Assembly (NCBI GenBank): GCA_002010065.2 | Contig: MTMD02000007.1 | Span: 13,113-77,112, forward strand | Source of the DNA: Candidatus Pyrohabitans jungbluthii | Lineage (GTDB): Archaea; Hydrothermarchaeota; Hydrothermarchaeia; Hydrothermarchaeales; BMS3B | DNA length: 64,000 nucleotides | Direction: 5' to 3' | Part shown: positions 29,027 to 39,362 of the stretch, one piece after another | How positions within the stretch are numbered: the first letter of the stretch is position 1 | Layout of the letters: the number at the start of each line of letters is the position of its first letter | Notes under the pieces: model-generated | The model's input: only the letters and a program-made list of their open reading frames with translations | What the model was told of the DNA's origin: nothing | Database searches by the model: none | Program-made: the position numbers and the translations under genes

Positions 29027-29224
29027 ATGCCCTACATAGCGCTTGAGCTTGGCGACGAGGATTTGGAGCATGCGAAGCTGGTGCTTGGCGAAGCATGCGA
29101 GAGCTGCGAGGTTAATATAGATGGCAGAGTGGAGAAAGGGATACTGCTGTCAAAGAAGACCCCTAAAAATCTTTACGCCCTCCTCGCGATATACATGCAG
29201 AACCGCGTGGACTGGAGGCGGTGA
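29027..29224 (+). CDS. Small hypothetical protein (65 aa)
   Basis: GAGGTG RBS; resembles the next ORF. Confidence 0.7.
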   Translation: MPYIALELGDEDLEHAKLVLGEACESCEVNIDGRVEKGILLSKKTPKNLYALLAIYMQNRVDWRR

Positions 29225-29225
29225 G

Positions 29226-29423
29226 ATGGGCTACGTGCTCCTCGAAGTCAGCGACGAAGCCTTCGCAGCCATAGAGGCGCTGTTAAAGGGAAGCTTCCGA
29301 AAGCTCAGCGTGGAGTGCTCCTCCTTCAAAGAAGGTGAAGAGGTTCTGGTTTTCGAGGAAAGGCTGAGCTCTGGCGACTACCACCTGCTCCAGTCGATAC
29401 TGGTGCAGGATTTGGAGTGGTAG
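29226..29423 (+). CDS. Small hypothetical protein (65 aa), probable paralog of upstream ORF
   Basis: ATG 29226 after GGCGGTGAG; MGYVLLEVSDEAF...YHLLQSILVQDLEW. Confidence 0.7.
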   Translation: MGYVLLEVSDEAFAAIEALLKGSFRKLSVECSSFKEGEEVLVFEERLSSGDYHLLQSILVQDLEW

Positions 29424-29424
29424 G

Positions 29425-30633
29425 CTAACTCACGCGTCTCGAAAAATTCGTAACCCTCAGCTCATTCAGTATTGCCTCTTTATTCACATCGGGAAGCTCA
29501 ATTCTGCCCGGCACGTAGGCGCAGTAGGGGTCCTCCGCAAGGTAGTCCCCGGTTACAGCGTAAGCGCGAGAGCGCGAGCCCCTGCATATGTCGTTGAACT
29601 CGCACACTCTGCACTTACCCTTAAGCTTCGTTGCGTCGTGGAGCTCTTTCAGCACCTCTGAGCTGGAGTATATCCCTTCCAGCGTATCCTCTCTCACGTT
29701 GCCAAGCGTTACGGGCATGAAGCTGCTCGGGTAAACTTCACCCTTGTGCGCCACGAATATTCCCTTTCCAAACACCTTCTTGTCTTTGGGCTTATAGCCG
29801 CTGCCCTTTACCTCAACCTCAGGAAGCTCAACATCGCGGGTTAGCTGCTCCAGCTTTTGCCTTAGATGCCCGTATAGCGCGCCCTGCATCAGTGCGCTTT
29901 CGTCGAGCATGCCCTCTTCAACCATGCGGCGCATAACCGCAACCCGGCGATAGGGCTCACTCCCTGCGATGGCATTCACGGTGATAAGCGGTAAACGCAT
30001 GACGTCGTAGACGAAGTTGAAGACATCCTCGTACTCCTCCGGCGAAAGCGCAAGCTCTTCCGTCGCTCTGCCTGTGGGGATGAGCATGTACAGGTACCAG
30101 CCTATTGCGCCCAGTCTCTTCGCGAGAAACATAATCTCGGGCAGCTCGCGCACATTGTGCCTGGTAACCGTCGTTAGGAGGCGGAAAGGCAAACGCAGCT
30201 CTCGCATTATCTCCGTAGCTTTAACCAGCCTTTCGAAGGTTCCCGGCACGCCTCTAAAAGCGTCGTGCTGCTCTGGTGTAGCCCCGTCGATGCTTATTGC
30301 CACTGTATCGCAGCCCGCCTCCTTGAGCTTCTCTATGTTCTTCCTGTTCAGCAGGGGCGTGGTGCTGGGCGCTATCGTAACCGTGAGCCCGACGTCTTTG
30401 GCGTAGCGTATTAGGTCAAAGATATCCTCCCGCCTCAAAGCGTTGCCACCGGTGATGCGCAGTATTGGATACGGCTTGCCAAAAGCGACAATCTGGTCAA
30501 TAAAGGCGTAGCTTTCCTCTGTAGTAAGCTCCCGCGGGTCTCGTTCTGTGCGCGCACTCGCCTTGCAGTGCTTGCAGCGCAACCCGCAGGCTATTGTAGA
30601 CTCCCACATCACAGAAACTGGCTTGAGATGCAT
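29425..30633 (-). CDS. Radical SAM/SPASM protein, NirJ/Ahb-like (TIGR04053-type)
   Basis: WESTIACGLRCKHC, ITGG, SIDGA..HDAFRG, PTGRA, CRVCEFNDICRGSRSRAYA..GD..AEDPYC. Confidence 0.85.
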   Translation of the reverse strand: MHLKPVSVMWESTIACGLRCKHCKASARTERDPRELTTEESYAFIDQIVAFGKPYPILRITGGNALRREDIFDLIRYAKDVGLTVTIAPSTTPLLNRKNIEKLKEAGCDTVAISIDGATPEQHDAFRGVPGTFERLVKATEIMRELRLPFRLLTTVTRHNVRELPEIMFLAKRLGAIGWYLYMLIPTGRATEELALSPEEYEDVFNFVYDVMRLPLITVNAIAGSEPYRRVAVMRRMVEEGMLDESALMQGALYGHLRQKLEQLTRDVELPEVEVKGSGYKPKDKKVFGKGIFVAHKGEVYPSSFMPVTLGNVREDTLEGIYSSSEVLKELHDATKLKGKCRVCEFNDICRGSRSRAYAVTGDYLAEDPYCAYVPGRIELPDVNKEAILNELRVTNFSRRVS

Positions 30634-30721
30634 CCCCCTACCACAGAAGCATAACAAGGTAAAGCAGTAGCAAGAATCAGCCGGGAAACAAAAATCAGAA
30701 GGAGAAAAAGGGAGAGAGAGT

Positions 30722-32365
30722 TTACTCCTCGTCGCCGCCGGCGCCGCCTTCGTCGCCTTTCTTGGTCTCACCGCTGGCAGCGATGACGTCGTCGATGCGG
30801 AGTATCATCACCGCAACCTCGCTGGCGCTGTCTATCGCCTGGCTCTTCACAGAGAGCGGCTCCACTATGCCCTCGCTGTACATGTCTTTCACTTCACCCT
30901 CGTACACGTCCAAGCCGAAGCGGTAGCCTTTGTCCTCCTTCTCGTGCTTGGCGCGCAGGGCGACGACCATGTCTATTGGATCAAGACCTGCGTTCTCTGC
31001 AAGCGCGCGCGGAATCACCTCAAGCGCGTCTGCGAAGGCCTCAATTGCAAGCTGCTCCCTGCCGCCGACGGTCTTGGCATAGTCGCGCAGGCGCAGGGCA
31101 AGCTCTATCTCGGGTGCACCGCCACCAGCTAAGACCTTGCCGTCGCGTATGGCAGCGGGCACAACGCCCAGGCAGTCCTCAAGGGCGCGCTCCACCTCAT
31201 CGACGATGTGCTCAGTGCCGCCGCGTATGAGTATCGTCACGCTCTTGGGATCCTTGCACTCGCGCACAAACACCATCTCATCGTCGCCTATCTTGACCTC
31301 CTCGACGATGCCCGCATAGCCAAGGTCCTTCTCGCTCAGGTCGTCGATGTTGGTCACTATGGTAGCGCCTGTAGCCTTCGCCAGCTTCTCCATGTCGCTC
31401 TTCTTCACCCTGCGTACGGCGAAGATGCCTTCCTTGGCAAGGTAGTGCTGCGCCAAGTCGTCGATACCCTTCTGGCAGAAGAGCACATTCGCCCCGCTCG
31501 CCTTAATCTTCTCCACCATCTCCTTAAGCATGCGCTCCTCTTCGTCGATGAAAGCCTTGAGCTGGTTCGGGTCGGTGATGCGTATCTCGGCGTCGAACTC
31601 GGTCTTCTCAATCTCCAGCGGGGCGTTTATCAGCGCAATCTTGGCGTCCTTCACCTTGCGCGGCATTCCTGGATGCACGCGCTCCTTGTCTATAACTATG
31701 CCGTTGATGAGCTCAGTATCCTCAACGGCGCCGCCCTCCTTCTTCTCAAGCTTTATGTCGTCGGTGTCTATGATGTACTTGCCATTCTCCTTCTCAGCCA
31801 CGGCGCGCACTGCCTTAACCACGAGGTCTGCGAGGTACTCCTTCGCCAGCTCTGCACCCTTGCCGGTCATCGATGTCATGGCTATCTTCTTCAGAAACTC
31901 GTCGTCGTTCACGTCTATGCTCTCTGCGATCTCCTGGAGAATCTCCTGGGCTTTCTCGGCTGCCATGCGGTAGCCATTGGCGATTATCGTGGGATGTACA
32001 TCCTGGTCAAGAAGCTCCTCGGCGTTCTTCAGAAGCTCGCCCGCGAGTACGACCGCCGTTGTGGTGCCGTCGCCGACCTCGTTCTCCTGAGTCTTCGCCA
32101 CCTCCACCATCATCTTCGCGGTGGGGTGCTCCACGTCCATCTCTTTAAGTATGGTGGCGCCGTCGTTGGTTACGACAACGTCGCCTATCGTATCTACCAG
32201 CATCTTATCCATGCCCTTGGGACCCAGCGTTGACTTCACCGCCTCGGCAATGACGCGCGCCACCATTATGTTGGTGCGCTGCGCGTCCCTGCCGCGGGTG
32301 CGGGTAGTTCCCTCCTTCAGTATCAACACAGGCGTACCTCCAAGCTGGGAAGGTGCTGCTGCCAT
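30722..32365 (-). CDS. ths: Thermosome (group II chaperonin) subunit
   Basis: [39 protein letters not shown]. Confidence 0.97.
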   Translation of the reverse strand: MAAAPSQLGGTPVLILKEGTTRTRGRDAQRTNIMVARVIAEAVKSTLGPKGMDKMLVDTIGDVVVTNDGATILKEMDVEHPTAKMMVEVAKTQENEVGDGTTTAVVLAGELLKNAEELLDQDVHPTIIANGYRMAAEKAQEILQEIAESIDVNDDEFLKKIAMTSMTGKGAELAKEYLADLVVKAVRAVAEKENGKYIIDTDDIKLEKKEGGAVEDTELINGIVIDKERVHPGMPRKVKDAKIALINAPLEIEKTEFDAEIRITDPNQLKAFIDEEERMLKEMVEKIKASGANVLFCQKGIDDLAQHYLAKEGIFAVRRVKKSDMEKLAKATGATIVTNIDDLSEKDLGYAGIVEEVKIGDDEMVFVRECKDPKSVTILIRGGTEHIVDEVERALEDCLGVVPAAIRDGKVLAGGGAPEIELALRLRDYAKTVGGREQLAIEAFADALEVIPRALAENAGLDPIDMVVALRAKHEKEDKGYRFGLDVYEGEVKDMYSEGIVEPLSVKSQAIDSASEVAVMILRIDDVIAASGETKKGDEGGAGGDEE

Positions 32366-32492
32366 CTTCTTCCACCTCCTTTAAATTCTCCTCCTTATAA
32401 GCTATAACCGCGAAAATTCTTGTCAACCATTATGAGAGCGATGTTTTGCCTGGCGATTAGATTATCACCAGTTACCGTGGTAAAAAATTTTA

Positions 32493-32507
32493 GTAACTAT
32501 TGGTTAG
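32493..32507. promoter_or_regulatory. Possible heat-shock regulator operator upstream of the thermosome
   Basis: GTAAC-TATTG-GTTAG is one mismatch from the CTAAC-N5-GTTAG palindrome described for Archaeoglobus HSR1. Confidence 0.4.
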
Positions 32508-32723
32508 GAAAGTAGGGGCGCGTCCCTTTTATGAGGGGGTTTATAAGGTGGTTTATACAAGGTGAATAACCCAAACTCTGGTGGTAGGGGAAAGTACTCC
32601 ACCCGAAGCAAGGGAGCCGGAGTACCCCATTTCATCCTTTATTTTTACGCTGGGTTTATGGTCTGTGTTCGGGTGGCTCATGGGGTATGTAGCGAGCATT
32701 GCCCTCAAAGGTGATAGCTATGA

Positions 32724-32918
32724 GTGAGATTTTTGACCTTTCCTAGGTGGATTCGCCCTGCCCAAGAGGATGAGCCGGAGATTACAGCTATAGCTGAGTT
32801 CACAAAGGATTTAAAGAGCATTCAGGGCAAAGTCACAGCCTACATCTGCAAGGACTACGCCTGTAGCGAGCCCACCACTAGTGTAGAGGAGATGTTGGAG
32901 AGGCTGAGGCGTGGGTGA
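32724..32918 (+). pseudogene. C-terminal remnant of YyaL/SSP411 thioredoxin-domain protein
   Basis: IAEFTKDLKSIQGKVTAYICKDYACSEPTTSVEEM matches the family C-terminus; the rest of the gene is missing. Confidence 0.7.
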
Positions 32919-32936
32919 AATACGTTTATGTAGTGT

Positions 32937-33176
32937 TTACTTTCTCTTTTTCAGCAGCCTCTTAAATTCCTCAACAGTTAAATCGGCATCTCTGATAATA
33001 CTTTTAACCAACTTTGGGTGGAGAATTTTTCCGGAATGGTATGGTACTGTAATTCGCACACCTTTATCATTCTTGTAAATCTTATGACTCCCACTCTGCC
33101 TCACAAGGTAAAAACCTACCTTTTCGATTACCTTTATAACGTCTCTGGCGGTCACCCTCGGAAGCTTTTCACTCAT
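32937..33176 (-). CDS. hicA: HicA family toxin
   Basis: GFYLVRQSGSHKIY...ITVPYH. Confidence 0.93.
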   Translation of the reverse strand: MSEKLPRVTARDVIKVIEKVGFYLVRQSGSHKIYKNDKGVRITVPYHSGKILHPKLVKSIIRDADLTVEEFKRLLKKRK

Positions 33177-33397
33177 ACTGTAACTTCCACCGCTGCCAGG
33201 TTTATCATCTCAACTCTGGGTATCTCCTCCCCCTCTTCCAGCCTATCTTTAATATGAAGCTTTATTGCATCTTTAATGTTCTCCAAAACCTCCTCATAGG
33301 TATCCCCCTGTGTATAACACCCCTGCAACTCAGGACAATAAGCAAAGTAACCATTTTCGTCCTTCTCTATCACTACAGACACTCTATAGACAGTCAT
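33173..33397 (-). CDS. hicB: HicB family antitoxin
   Basis: YFAYCPELQGCYTQGDTYEEVLENIKDAI; overlaps hicA. Confidence 0.93.
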   Translation of the reverse strand: MTVYRVSVVIEKDENGYFAYCPELQGCYTQGDTYEEVLENIKDAIKLHIKDRLEEGEEIPRVEMINLAAVEVTV

Positions 33398-33528
33398 CCT
33401 TATTCCACCTCATTAATATCCGTCAAGCTAACATGATAAGGGTTTGGTCAGCTTCTTAGGAGAGCTTCCAAACATCAGTAACAAAACCTTTTTATCCTCT
33501 CGCCTCGAAGCTACCTGCGGTGATAGTT

Positions 33529-34794
33529 ATGGAAGGCTCACGCATTCCTGGCTTCTACAAGCTTCCGCCACAGCAGAGGCTGGAGAAGGTCAAGAGTTTC
33601 GCCTCCCTGGGCGAGGAGGAGGTTGAGGCTATCGCAAGGCACGGCTCGCTTACCATTGAACAGGCAGACCGCATGATTGAGAACGTCATAGGCACCTTTG
33701 AGCTTCCCCTTGGCATAGCTACCAACTTTCTGATAGACGGAAAGGACTACCTCATACCCATGGCTATAGAGGAGCCCAGCGTGGTAGCTGCGGCAAGCAA
33801 CGCCGCAAAAATGGCGCGCCCCGGCGGAGGCTTTGTAACCAATGCCACGCCGCCAATAATGATAGGGCAGGTGCAGCTTTGCGGTGTAGATGACCCCTAT
33901 GCCGCGAGGATGGAAATCCTCACCATTAAGGATGAGATAATAGCAAAGGCAAATGAGCAGGATCCAATACTGGTAAAGCTGGGCGGTGGATGCAAGGACA
34001 TCGAAGTTAGAGTGGTTGAGTCTAAGCAGGGGCCGATGGTTGTAACCCATCTCCTAGTGGACTGCCGCGATGCAATGGGGGCAAACGCGGTGAACACCAT
34101 GGCAGAAGCGGTGGCTCCGCTGATAGAGCGCGCCACCGGGGGCAAGGTTTACCTGCGCATAATCTCCAACCTGGCGACTTTCCGCCTGGCTCGTGCAAAG
34201 GCGGTTTTCAAGGCAGAGGCGATAGGCGGCGAAGAGGTGGTAGAAGGCGTGCTCAATGCCTACGCCTTCGCGGAGGCGGACCCCTTCCGCTGTGCCACCC
34301 ACAATAAGGGGATAATGAACGGGGTTACCGCCGTGGTGCTCGCCACGGGCAATGATACTCGCGCTGTAGAAGCTGGGGCGCATGCGTACGCTGCGCTTAG
34401 AGGCTACAAGCCCCTGACCACCTACGAGAAGAACCGCGATGGCGACCTGGTGGCGACGATTGAGCTCCCTGTGGCGGTGGGTTTGGTTGGCGGTGCTACA
34501 GCTTCGCATCCCGTTGCAAAGGCGTGCATTAAAATTCTCGGAGTTAAGAGTGCTGAAGAGCTTGCCCGTGTAATCGCCGCGGTTGGGCTGGCGCAGAACT
34601 TCGCTGCTCTGCGCGCTCTGGCAACGGAAGGGATACAGCGGGGGCACATGGAGCTTCATGCTCGCAATATTGCGGCAATGGCAGGCGCTAAAGGCGAGGA
34701 GATAGACGCCGTAGCCGAGGTGCTCGTGAGGGAGCGCAAGATACGCGTTGACCGCGCAAAGGAGGTGCTGGAGGAGATAAGGAAGAAGGGATAA
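33529..34794 (+). CDS. mvaA: HMG-CoA reductase, class II (bacterial-type)
   Basis: [46 protein letters not shown]. Confidence 0.93.
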   Translation: MEGSRIPGFYKLPPQQRLEKVKSFASLGEEEVEAIARHGSLTIEQADRMIENVIGTFELPLGIATNFLIDGKDYLIPMAIEEPSVVAAASNAAKMARPGGGFVTNATPPIMIGQVQLCGVDDPYAARMEILTIKDEIIAKANEQDPILVKLGGGCKDIEVRVVESKQGPMVVTHLLVDCRDAMGANAVNTMAEAVAPLIERATGGKVYLRIISNLATFRLARAKAVFKAEAIGGEEVVEGVLNAYAFAEADPFRCATHNKGIMNGVTAVVLATGNDTRAVEAGAHAYAALRGYKPLTTYEKNRDGDLVATIELPVAVGLVGGATASHPVAKACIKILGVKSAEELARVIAAVGLAQNFAALRALATEGIQRGHMELHARNIAAMAGAKGEEIDAVAEVLVRERKIRVDRAKEVLEEIRKKG

Positions 34795-34978
34795 CATCCC
34801 CTCGTTCCACCTCGCATAGCGAGGGTAACAGTGGAAGGGTCCCTATATTAGAATCTATAGTTGCAGGAGGTCTCGCAACTCTCGCAGAGAGTTGCTTCGG
34901 TCTCCCTCGCGAATGCTCAGGAAACAATAGGAACCCGCTGGTGGTTCCTATATGTAAAACCCCTTTTACTCGTTAGTT

Positions 34979-35518
34979 ATGGCTCAGAAAACCATGAACC
35001 TTGAAATTCTTCAGCAGAAGTGGCTTGCGACAATGGACATGCTGGTTGAGCTTAACCGCGAGAAATTCCGCTCACCGAAAGCGAGTGAGCTTTTGAGGCA
35101 TGCAAGAAGCATGATAAACGAAGCCTCGCTGAATCGCGCAGCTGACGAGAGTTTTCTGGTAAAGGTGGAGCGTTTGCTGGAAGAAGCGCAGCGTGAAATC
35201 TTTGTTGCCGCGCAACCTCTGGGCGATGAGTTTCTACTGCGCTGGAGCAGCACTTTTGACCGCATCGACGCTGGGGAGCGCTACGGGGAGTACAGTTTTG
35301 GCGTTACTCGCTTTTATCCACATCTGCCCAGGGCGAGGAAGTGGGTGAGGATTAAGCAGCCTTCTAACCTAACCCCGCGGAGGCTTCTGGAAATTTCCCA
35401 CAGCTGCGATGTGAAGATAAAGCGTCACGGGAAGGATCACCTTGTAATAGTGGGTGAAGGCGAAGCGCTCAAGCGCGCCCTCGCTGAAGTTGCACCCTAC
35501 ATCAAGGGCGAGAAGTAG
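34979..35518 (+). CDS. DUF2096-like archaeal conserved protein
   Basis: QQKWLATMDMLVEL N-terminus and C-terminal WVRIK...LVIVGEGEALKRAL pattern. Confidence 0.6.
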   Translation: MAQKTMNLEILQQKWLATMDMLVELNREKFRSPKASELLRHARSMINEASLNRAADESFLVKVERLLEEAQREIFVAAQPLGDEFLLRWSSTFDRIDAGERYGEYSFGVTRFYPHLPRARKWVRIKQPSNLTPRRLLEISHSCDVKIKRHGKDHLVIVGEGEALKRALAEVAPYIKGEK

Positions 35519-35519
35519 A

Positions 35520-36365
35520 ATGATAATCGACGCTCACACTCACTTCTCAACCGCAAAAGAGCTAAGCGCTCTTGAGAGGGAAGCGGCGAGGGAGTATCTC
35601 TTAGCCACTGGCATAGAGGTTTCCCGCTACGGCAGTGTGGAGGAGCTTCTTGAGGCGATGAAAAAGCACGGCATAGCCAAGGCTGTGCTAATGCCACTGG
35701 CAACCTCAACTTCGCTGCGTGAGGCAGAGAAGCTAAACAACTTCGTAGCCAAGGTGGCGAGGGAAAGCGAGGCTATAATCCCCTTTGCATCCGTGAATCC
35801 AAATTGCGAGGATGCAGTGGAAGAGCTAGACCGCGCCGTGGCTGAGCTTCGCTTACGAGGGGTGAAGCTTAATCCAAACCTGCAGGGCTTTACCTTTGAC
35901 CAAGATGAGGTTTGGACGCTTTTCGAAGCTATAGAACAGCTTCGCGTCCCTGCGTTTATCCACTCTGGCTTCACCGTTGGCATGGGGAAGAACAACTTTT
36001 CGCCGGAAGAAGCGAACGAGCTCATCGCAAGCTTCCCCCGCGTAACCTTCATCTTTGCCCACATGGCGAGACATAAAAGCAGGGAGGACGCGCCCAGCGT
36101 CATACCTGAGCCCAACGTTTACTTGGAGACCTCTCACGCCCCAGCGGAGGTTATCCTCAAGGCGATAGAAACCTTCGGCGTGGATAAGCTCCTCTTCGGT
36201 TCAGACTTCAAGTACAACTTCTACCCCAGCTATGAGATTGAGAAAATCGCCTCTCTGCTCATTAGCGAGGAGGAAAAGAGGAGCATATTCTACGCCAACG
36301 CAGCTAGGCTCTTCGGAGTGGAGAAAAAGAATGGCTTGCTCTCGTCTCTGCTGAAAAGGCGTTAG
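35520..36365 (+). CDS. Amidohydrolase_2 family protein
   Basis: IIDAHTH, GVKLNP, FIHSG, FAHM, YLETS, LFGSD. Confidence 0.88.
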   Translation: MIIDAHTHFSTAKELSALEREAAREYLLATGIEVSRYGSVEELLEAMKKHGIAKAVLMPLATSTSLREAEKLNNFVAKVARESEAIIPFASVNPNCEDAVEELDRAVAELRLRGVKLNPNLQGFTFDQDEVWTLFEAIEQLRVPAFIHSGFTVGMGKNNFSPEEANELIASFPRVTFIFAHMARHKSREDAPSVIPEPNVYLETSHAPAEVILKAIETFGVDKLLFGSDFKYNFYPSYEIEKIASLLISEEEKRSIFYANAARLFGVEKKNGLLSSLLKRR

Positions 36366-37387
36366 TACTTTCTCCTTATTAGGAACTCTGCCAGCACCTC
36401 TATCTTTTCTATAGCTTCGTTTTTTATCCCAGTGGCGCGAAGCTCCTTCAAAGCTTCGCTCTCGTACTTCTCTGCCATCTCTGTGGTGTACTCTCTCGCA
36501 CCTGTGCTTTCAAGAATCTCGAGCACCCTAGCTACGTCCTCCTGATTGAGCTTCTCCTTGGCGTAGGTCTCGGTAAGAATCTCCTTCTCTTCCCGCGATG
36601 CCCTCTCAAAAGCGTAGATCACAGGTAGGGTCTTCTTCTTGTTGCGGATGTCGCTCGCCTTGGGCTTGCCAGTCTTCTCCTCCCATATGCCTATGATGTC
36701 GTCTATTATCTGGAAGGCTATGCCTATCTTCCGTCCAAAGTTTTTGAAATGCTGTATAACCTCCTCATCTCGCGTTGCGAGCATAGCCCCTATGTGGGTG
36801 CTCGCTTCAATAAGCGCGGCTGTCTTTCGGGATATCATGTCCAGGTAGCTCTCCACGTCTATGTCCATGCGCTCCTCAAAGCTCATGTCCAAGTACTGCC
36901 CCTCGCACAGCTCCATTATTGTTCTATTCAGTATGGCGAGCACATCCACTATCTTTTCATCCGTAACATTGTAATCGCGCAGGCGAAGCGCGGCTAAGTT
37001 GGCAAGAACGTGCATCCCATCGCCCGCGTTTATCGCATGGGGTATGCCGAAGAGCTTCCATAGCGTGGGCCGATGCCTGCGCTCCTCGTCCATGTCCTCA
37101 ATGTCGTCGTGGATGAGGGAGAAGTTGTGTATCAGCTCAATCGCCGCCGCCGCAGGCAGCGCCTTGGTATAAACCCCTGCCAGAGCCTTATATGTGAGCA
37201 GGCACAGCGTTGGCCTGAAGCGCTTCCCGCGGTACTGCTTCGCAGGTTTCAGCGACTCGTCCAGCCAGCCCAGGTGGTATTCCATCATCTCGTAAAGCCT
37301 GCGAGGCTCGCTGCGCTGGAGAAAAACCGCCCTTATCTCATTGTCAATCATCTCAATGTGCTCGGCAAGAATATCTTCTGCGCGCAT
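36362..37387 (-). CDS. idsA: Polyprenyl (GGPP) diphosphate synthase
   Basis: GKRFRP, FSLIHDDIED..RR, GQYLD, KTA, FQIIDD, KKT. Confidence 0.92.
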   Translation of the reverse strand: MRAEDILAEHIEMIDNEIRAVFLQRSEPRRLYEMMEYHLGWLDESLKPAKQYRGKRFRPTLCLLTYKALAGVYTKALPAAAAIELIHNFSLIHDDIEDMDEERRHRPTLWKLFGIPHAINAGDGMHVLANLAALRLRDYNVTDEKIVDVLAILNRTIMELCEGQYLDMSFEERMDIDVESYLDMISRKTAALIEASTHIGAMLATRDEEVIQHFKNFGRKIGIAFQIIDDIIGIWEEKTGKPKASDIRNKKKTLPVIYAFERASREEKEILTETYAKEKLNQEDVARVLEILESTGAREYTTEMAEKYESEALKELRATGIKNEAIEKIEVLAEFLIRRKY

Positions 37388-37462
37388 TGCCACACCTTCA
37401 AAAGCTTGCTTAGCTTTGGTCTTGGAGAATAAAAATGTTTCTATATAGGGGCGCCGCACCCG

Positions 37463-37558
37463 CCCCTATCACCCCATCCTCACCAAATAGGACACCTTCC
37501 CCGCTTCGTCACCCGGAACAGAACGTTCCGGGCAACCCCTATTACCCCACTCTCACCA
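37463..37558. repeat. 23-nt imperfect direct repeat pair flanking an 8-bp inverted repeat upstream of cdc6
   Basis: cccctatcaccccatcctcacca (37463-37485) vs cccctattaccccactctcacca (37536-37558), 20/23 identical; cccggaac-agaac-gttccggg lies between them. Confidence 0.7.
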
Positions 37559-37698
37559 TAGCAAGAGCAACTCAGCTAACTGATTTCACTTTTCCGGTGC
37601 TCTCGGAAAAGGGAGATAAGGGTAGGAGGAAGAGGTAATACCACCCTTACCCCCCAGGTGAAAACCTTTATACCCGCTGAAAGGGAAAATAAAAGGAG

Positions 37699-38832
37699 AT
37701 GTGCCCGAGAAGCTTTAAGGACCTGCTCTCCGCTGAGGAAAGCCTCTTCCGCAGTCCGGAGGTATTCGACCCGGATTACGTGCCGGAGGAGTACCTCCAC
37801 CGTGGGGAGCAGATGCAGAGCATAGCTCAGTGCATAAAGCCAGCGCTACGTGGAGAGCGCCCTCTCAATGCGCTGATTTACGGCCCGCCTGCGACGGGCA
37901 AAACCACTGCGATGCGCAAGCTCTTTGAAGAGCTTGAGGACATACCCGAAGCAACGCGAATCGCAAGGGTGCATATAAACTGCCAGATAAACGCGACGAA
38001 GTTTGGCATCTTTTCTCTAATCCACAAAGCGGTGGTGGGACATCTCCCCCCCGAGACAGGGGTGCCCTTCTCAAGGGTTTACGAAGCTATTTTTAGAAAA
38101 TTGCGCCGTGAGAATAAGGTTCTGCTTGTGGTGCTGGACGACATGGACCACTTATTCTACGACCGCTACGCAAACGAGATACTCTACGACATACTGCGCG
38201 CCCATGAAGTTTTTCCGGGAGCTAAGACTGGGATATTCAGCATCGTTAGCAGCACCGAGTTTCTTTACAAGCTCGACGACCGCGTGCGCTCAATGTTCCG
38301 CCCGCAGGAGATATACTTCCCGCCCTACAGCGCAGGCGAGATGTATGACATACTTAAGCGCAGAGCTGAGCTGGGCTTCTTCGCAGGGGTTATAAGCGAC
38401 GAGCTCGTGGAGAAAATTGCAACCTATGCGTATGAGCACGGGGATTTGAGGCTCGGTATAGAGCTTCTCAGAGTGAGTGCCCATATAGCAGAGTACCACG
38501 CCTCGCGGAAGATTACAGAAGAGCATGTTGAGGAGGCGTATGCAAAGTCTCGCGTAGCCACGCTTCGCTCTCTGGTGGAGCCCCTCTCGAAGGAGGATAA
38601 GCTGCTTTTGAAGCTTCTGTGCGAGGCGGAGCAGGGTATAACCTCCGGCAAGTTGTACGAGCGCTTTTCCAAAGCTTCCGGGCTGAGCTACACCAAGTTC
38701 TACCGCATTCTCACGAAGCTGGAGGAGCTTCGCCTGGTAGACACAAAGGTTGCGAGCGGTGATAAGCGCGGGCGAAGCAGGGAGATATTCCTGCGCCATC
38801 CACGGGAGGAGCTTTTGAAGGTGCTCCCATGA
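37699..38832 (+). CDS. cdc6: ORC1/Cdc6 replication initiator
   Basis: FDPDYVPE, Walker [30 protein letters not shown], winged-helix ending RGRSR. Confidence 0.93.
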   Translation: MCPRSFKDLLSAEESLFRSPEVFDPDYVPEEYLHRGEQMQSIAQCIKPALRGERPLNALIYGPPATGKTTAMRKLFEELEDIPEATRIARVHINCQINATKFGIFSLIHKAVVGHLPPETGVPFSRVYEAIFRKLRRENKVLLVVLDDMDHLFYDRYANEILYDILRAHEVFPGAKTGIFSIVSSTEFLYKLDDRVRSMFRPQEIYFPPYSAGEMYDILKRRAELGFFAGVISDELVEKIATYAYEHGDLRLGIELLRVSAHIAEYHASRKITEEHVEEAYAKSRVATLRSLVEPLSKEDKLLLKLLCEAEQGITSGKLYERFSKASGLSYTKFYRILTKLEELRLVDTKVASGDKRGRSREIFLRHPREELLKVLP

Positions 38833-39362
38833 GGGTAGTGGTTCTGCGCCTGGGACACAGGCAGGAACGCGATAAGCGCGTGACCACCCACGTGGGCTTA
38901 GTGGCGAGAGCCTTTGGGGCGGACGGGATGATACTCACCACACAGGATGAGAAGGTGGTGGAGAGTATATGCAAGGTTGTGGAGAACTGGGGGGGCGATT
39001 TCTTCGTTGAGGTAGAGCAAGAATGGCGCAGGTTCATCAAAGAATGGAAGGGCATAACGGTGCACCTCACCATGTACGGTGAGCACGTCGATGACAGAAT
39101 CGCTGAGATTCGCTCATCGGGTAAGGACGTTCTCGTGGTGGTGGGCGCTGAAAAGGTGCCGGCAGAGGTCTTCAAGCTGGTGGACTACAACATAGCTATA
39201 GGGCACCAGCCCCACAGCGAGGTGGCAGCGCTTGCGGTATTCCTCGACAGGTACTTCTCTGGCAGAGAGCTTCACAGGGAGTTTCAAGGTAAGCTGAAGG
39301 TGGTGCCCTCACGGCGAGGGAAGCGCGTTGTCGAGCAGGTTTCCGGTTCTGCGGAGCAATAG
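38829..39362 (+). CDS. trm56: tRNA (cytidine56-2'-O)-methyltransferase
   Basis: [53 protein letters not shown]. Confidence 0.95.
   Translation: MRVVVLRLGHRQERDKRVTTHVGLVARAFGADGMILTTQDEKVVESICKVVENWGGDFFVEVEQEWRRFIKEWKGITVHLTMYGEHVDDRIAEIRSSGKDVLVVVGAEKVPAEVFKLVDYNIAIGHQPHSEVAALAVFLDRYFSGRELHREFQGKLKVVPSRRGKRVVEQVSGSAEQ

Noticed and set aside
31208-32233. 341-aa plus-strand ORF
   Set aside because: Antisense shadow of the thermosome, caused by biased codon usage.
34860-34910. Minus-strand GAA/GA-flanked hairpin as an archaeal SECIS
   Set aside because: No nearby gene with an in-frame TGA and the geometry is not convincing.
37463-37558. Direct repeats considered as a mini-CRISPR
   Set aside because: Only two imperfect copies, a 50-nt palindromic spacer, and no cas genes or leader.
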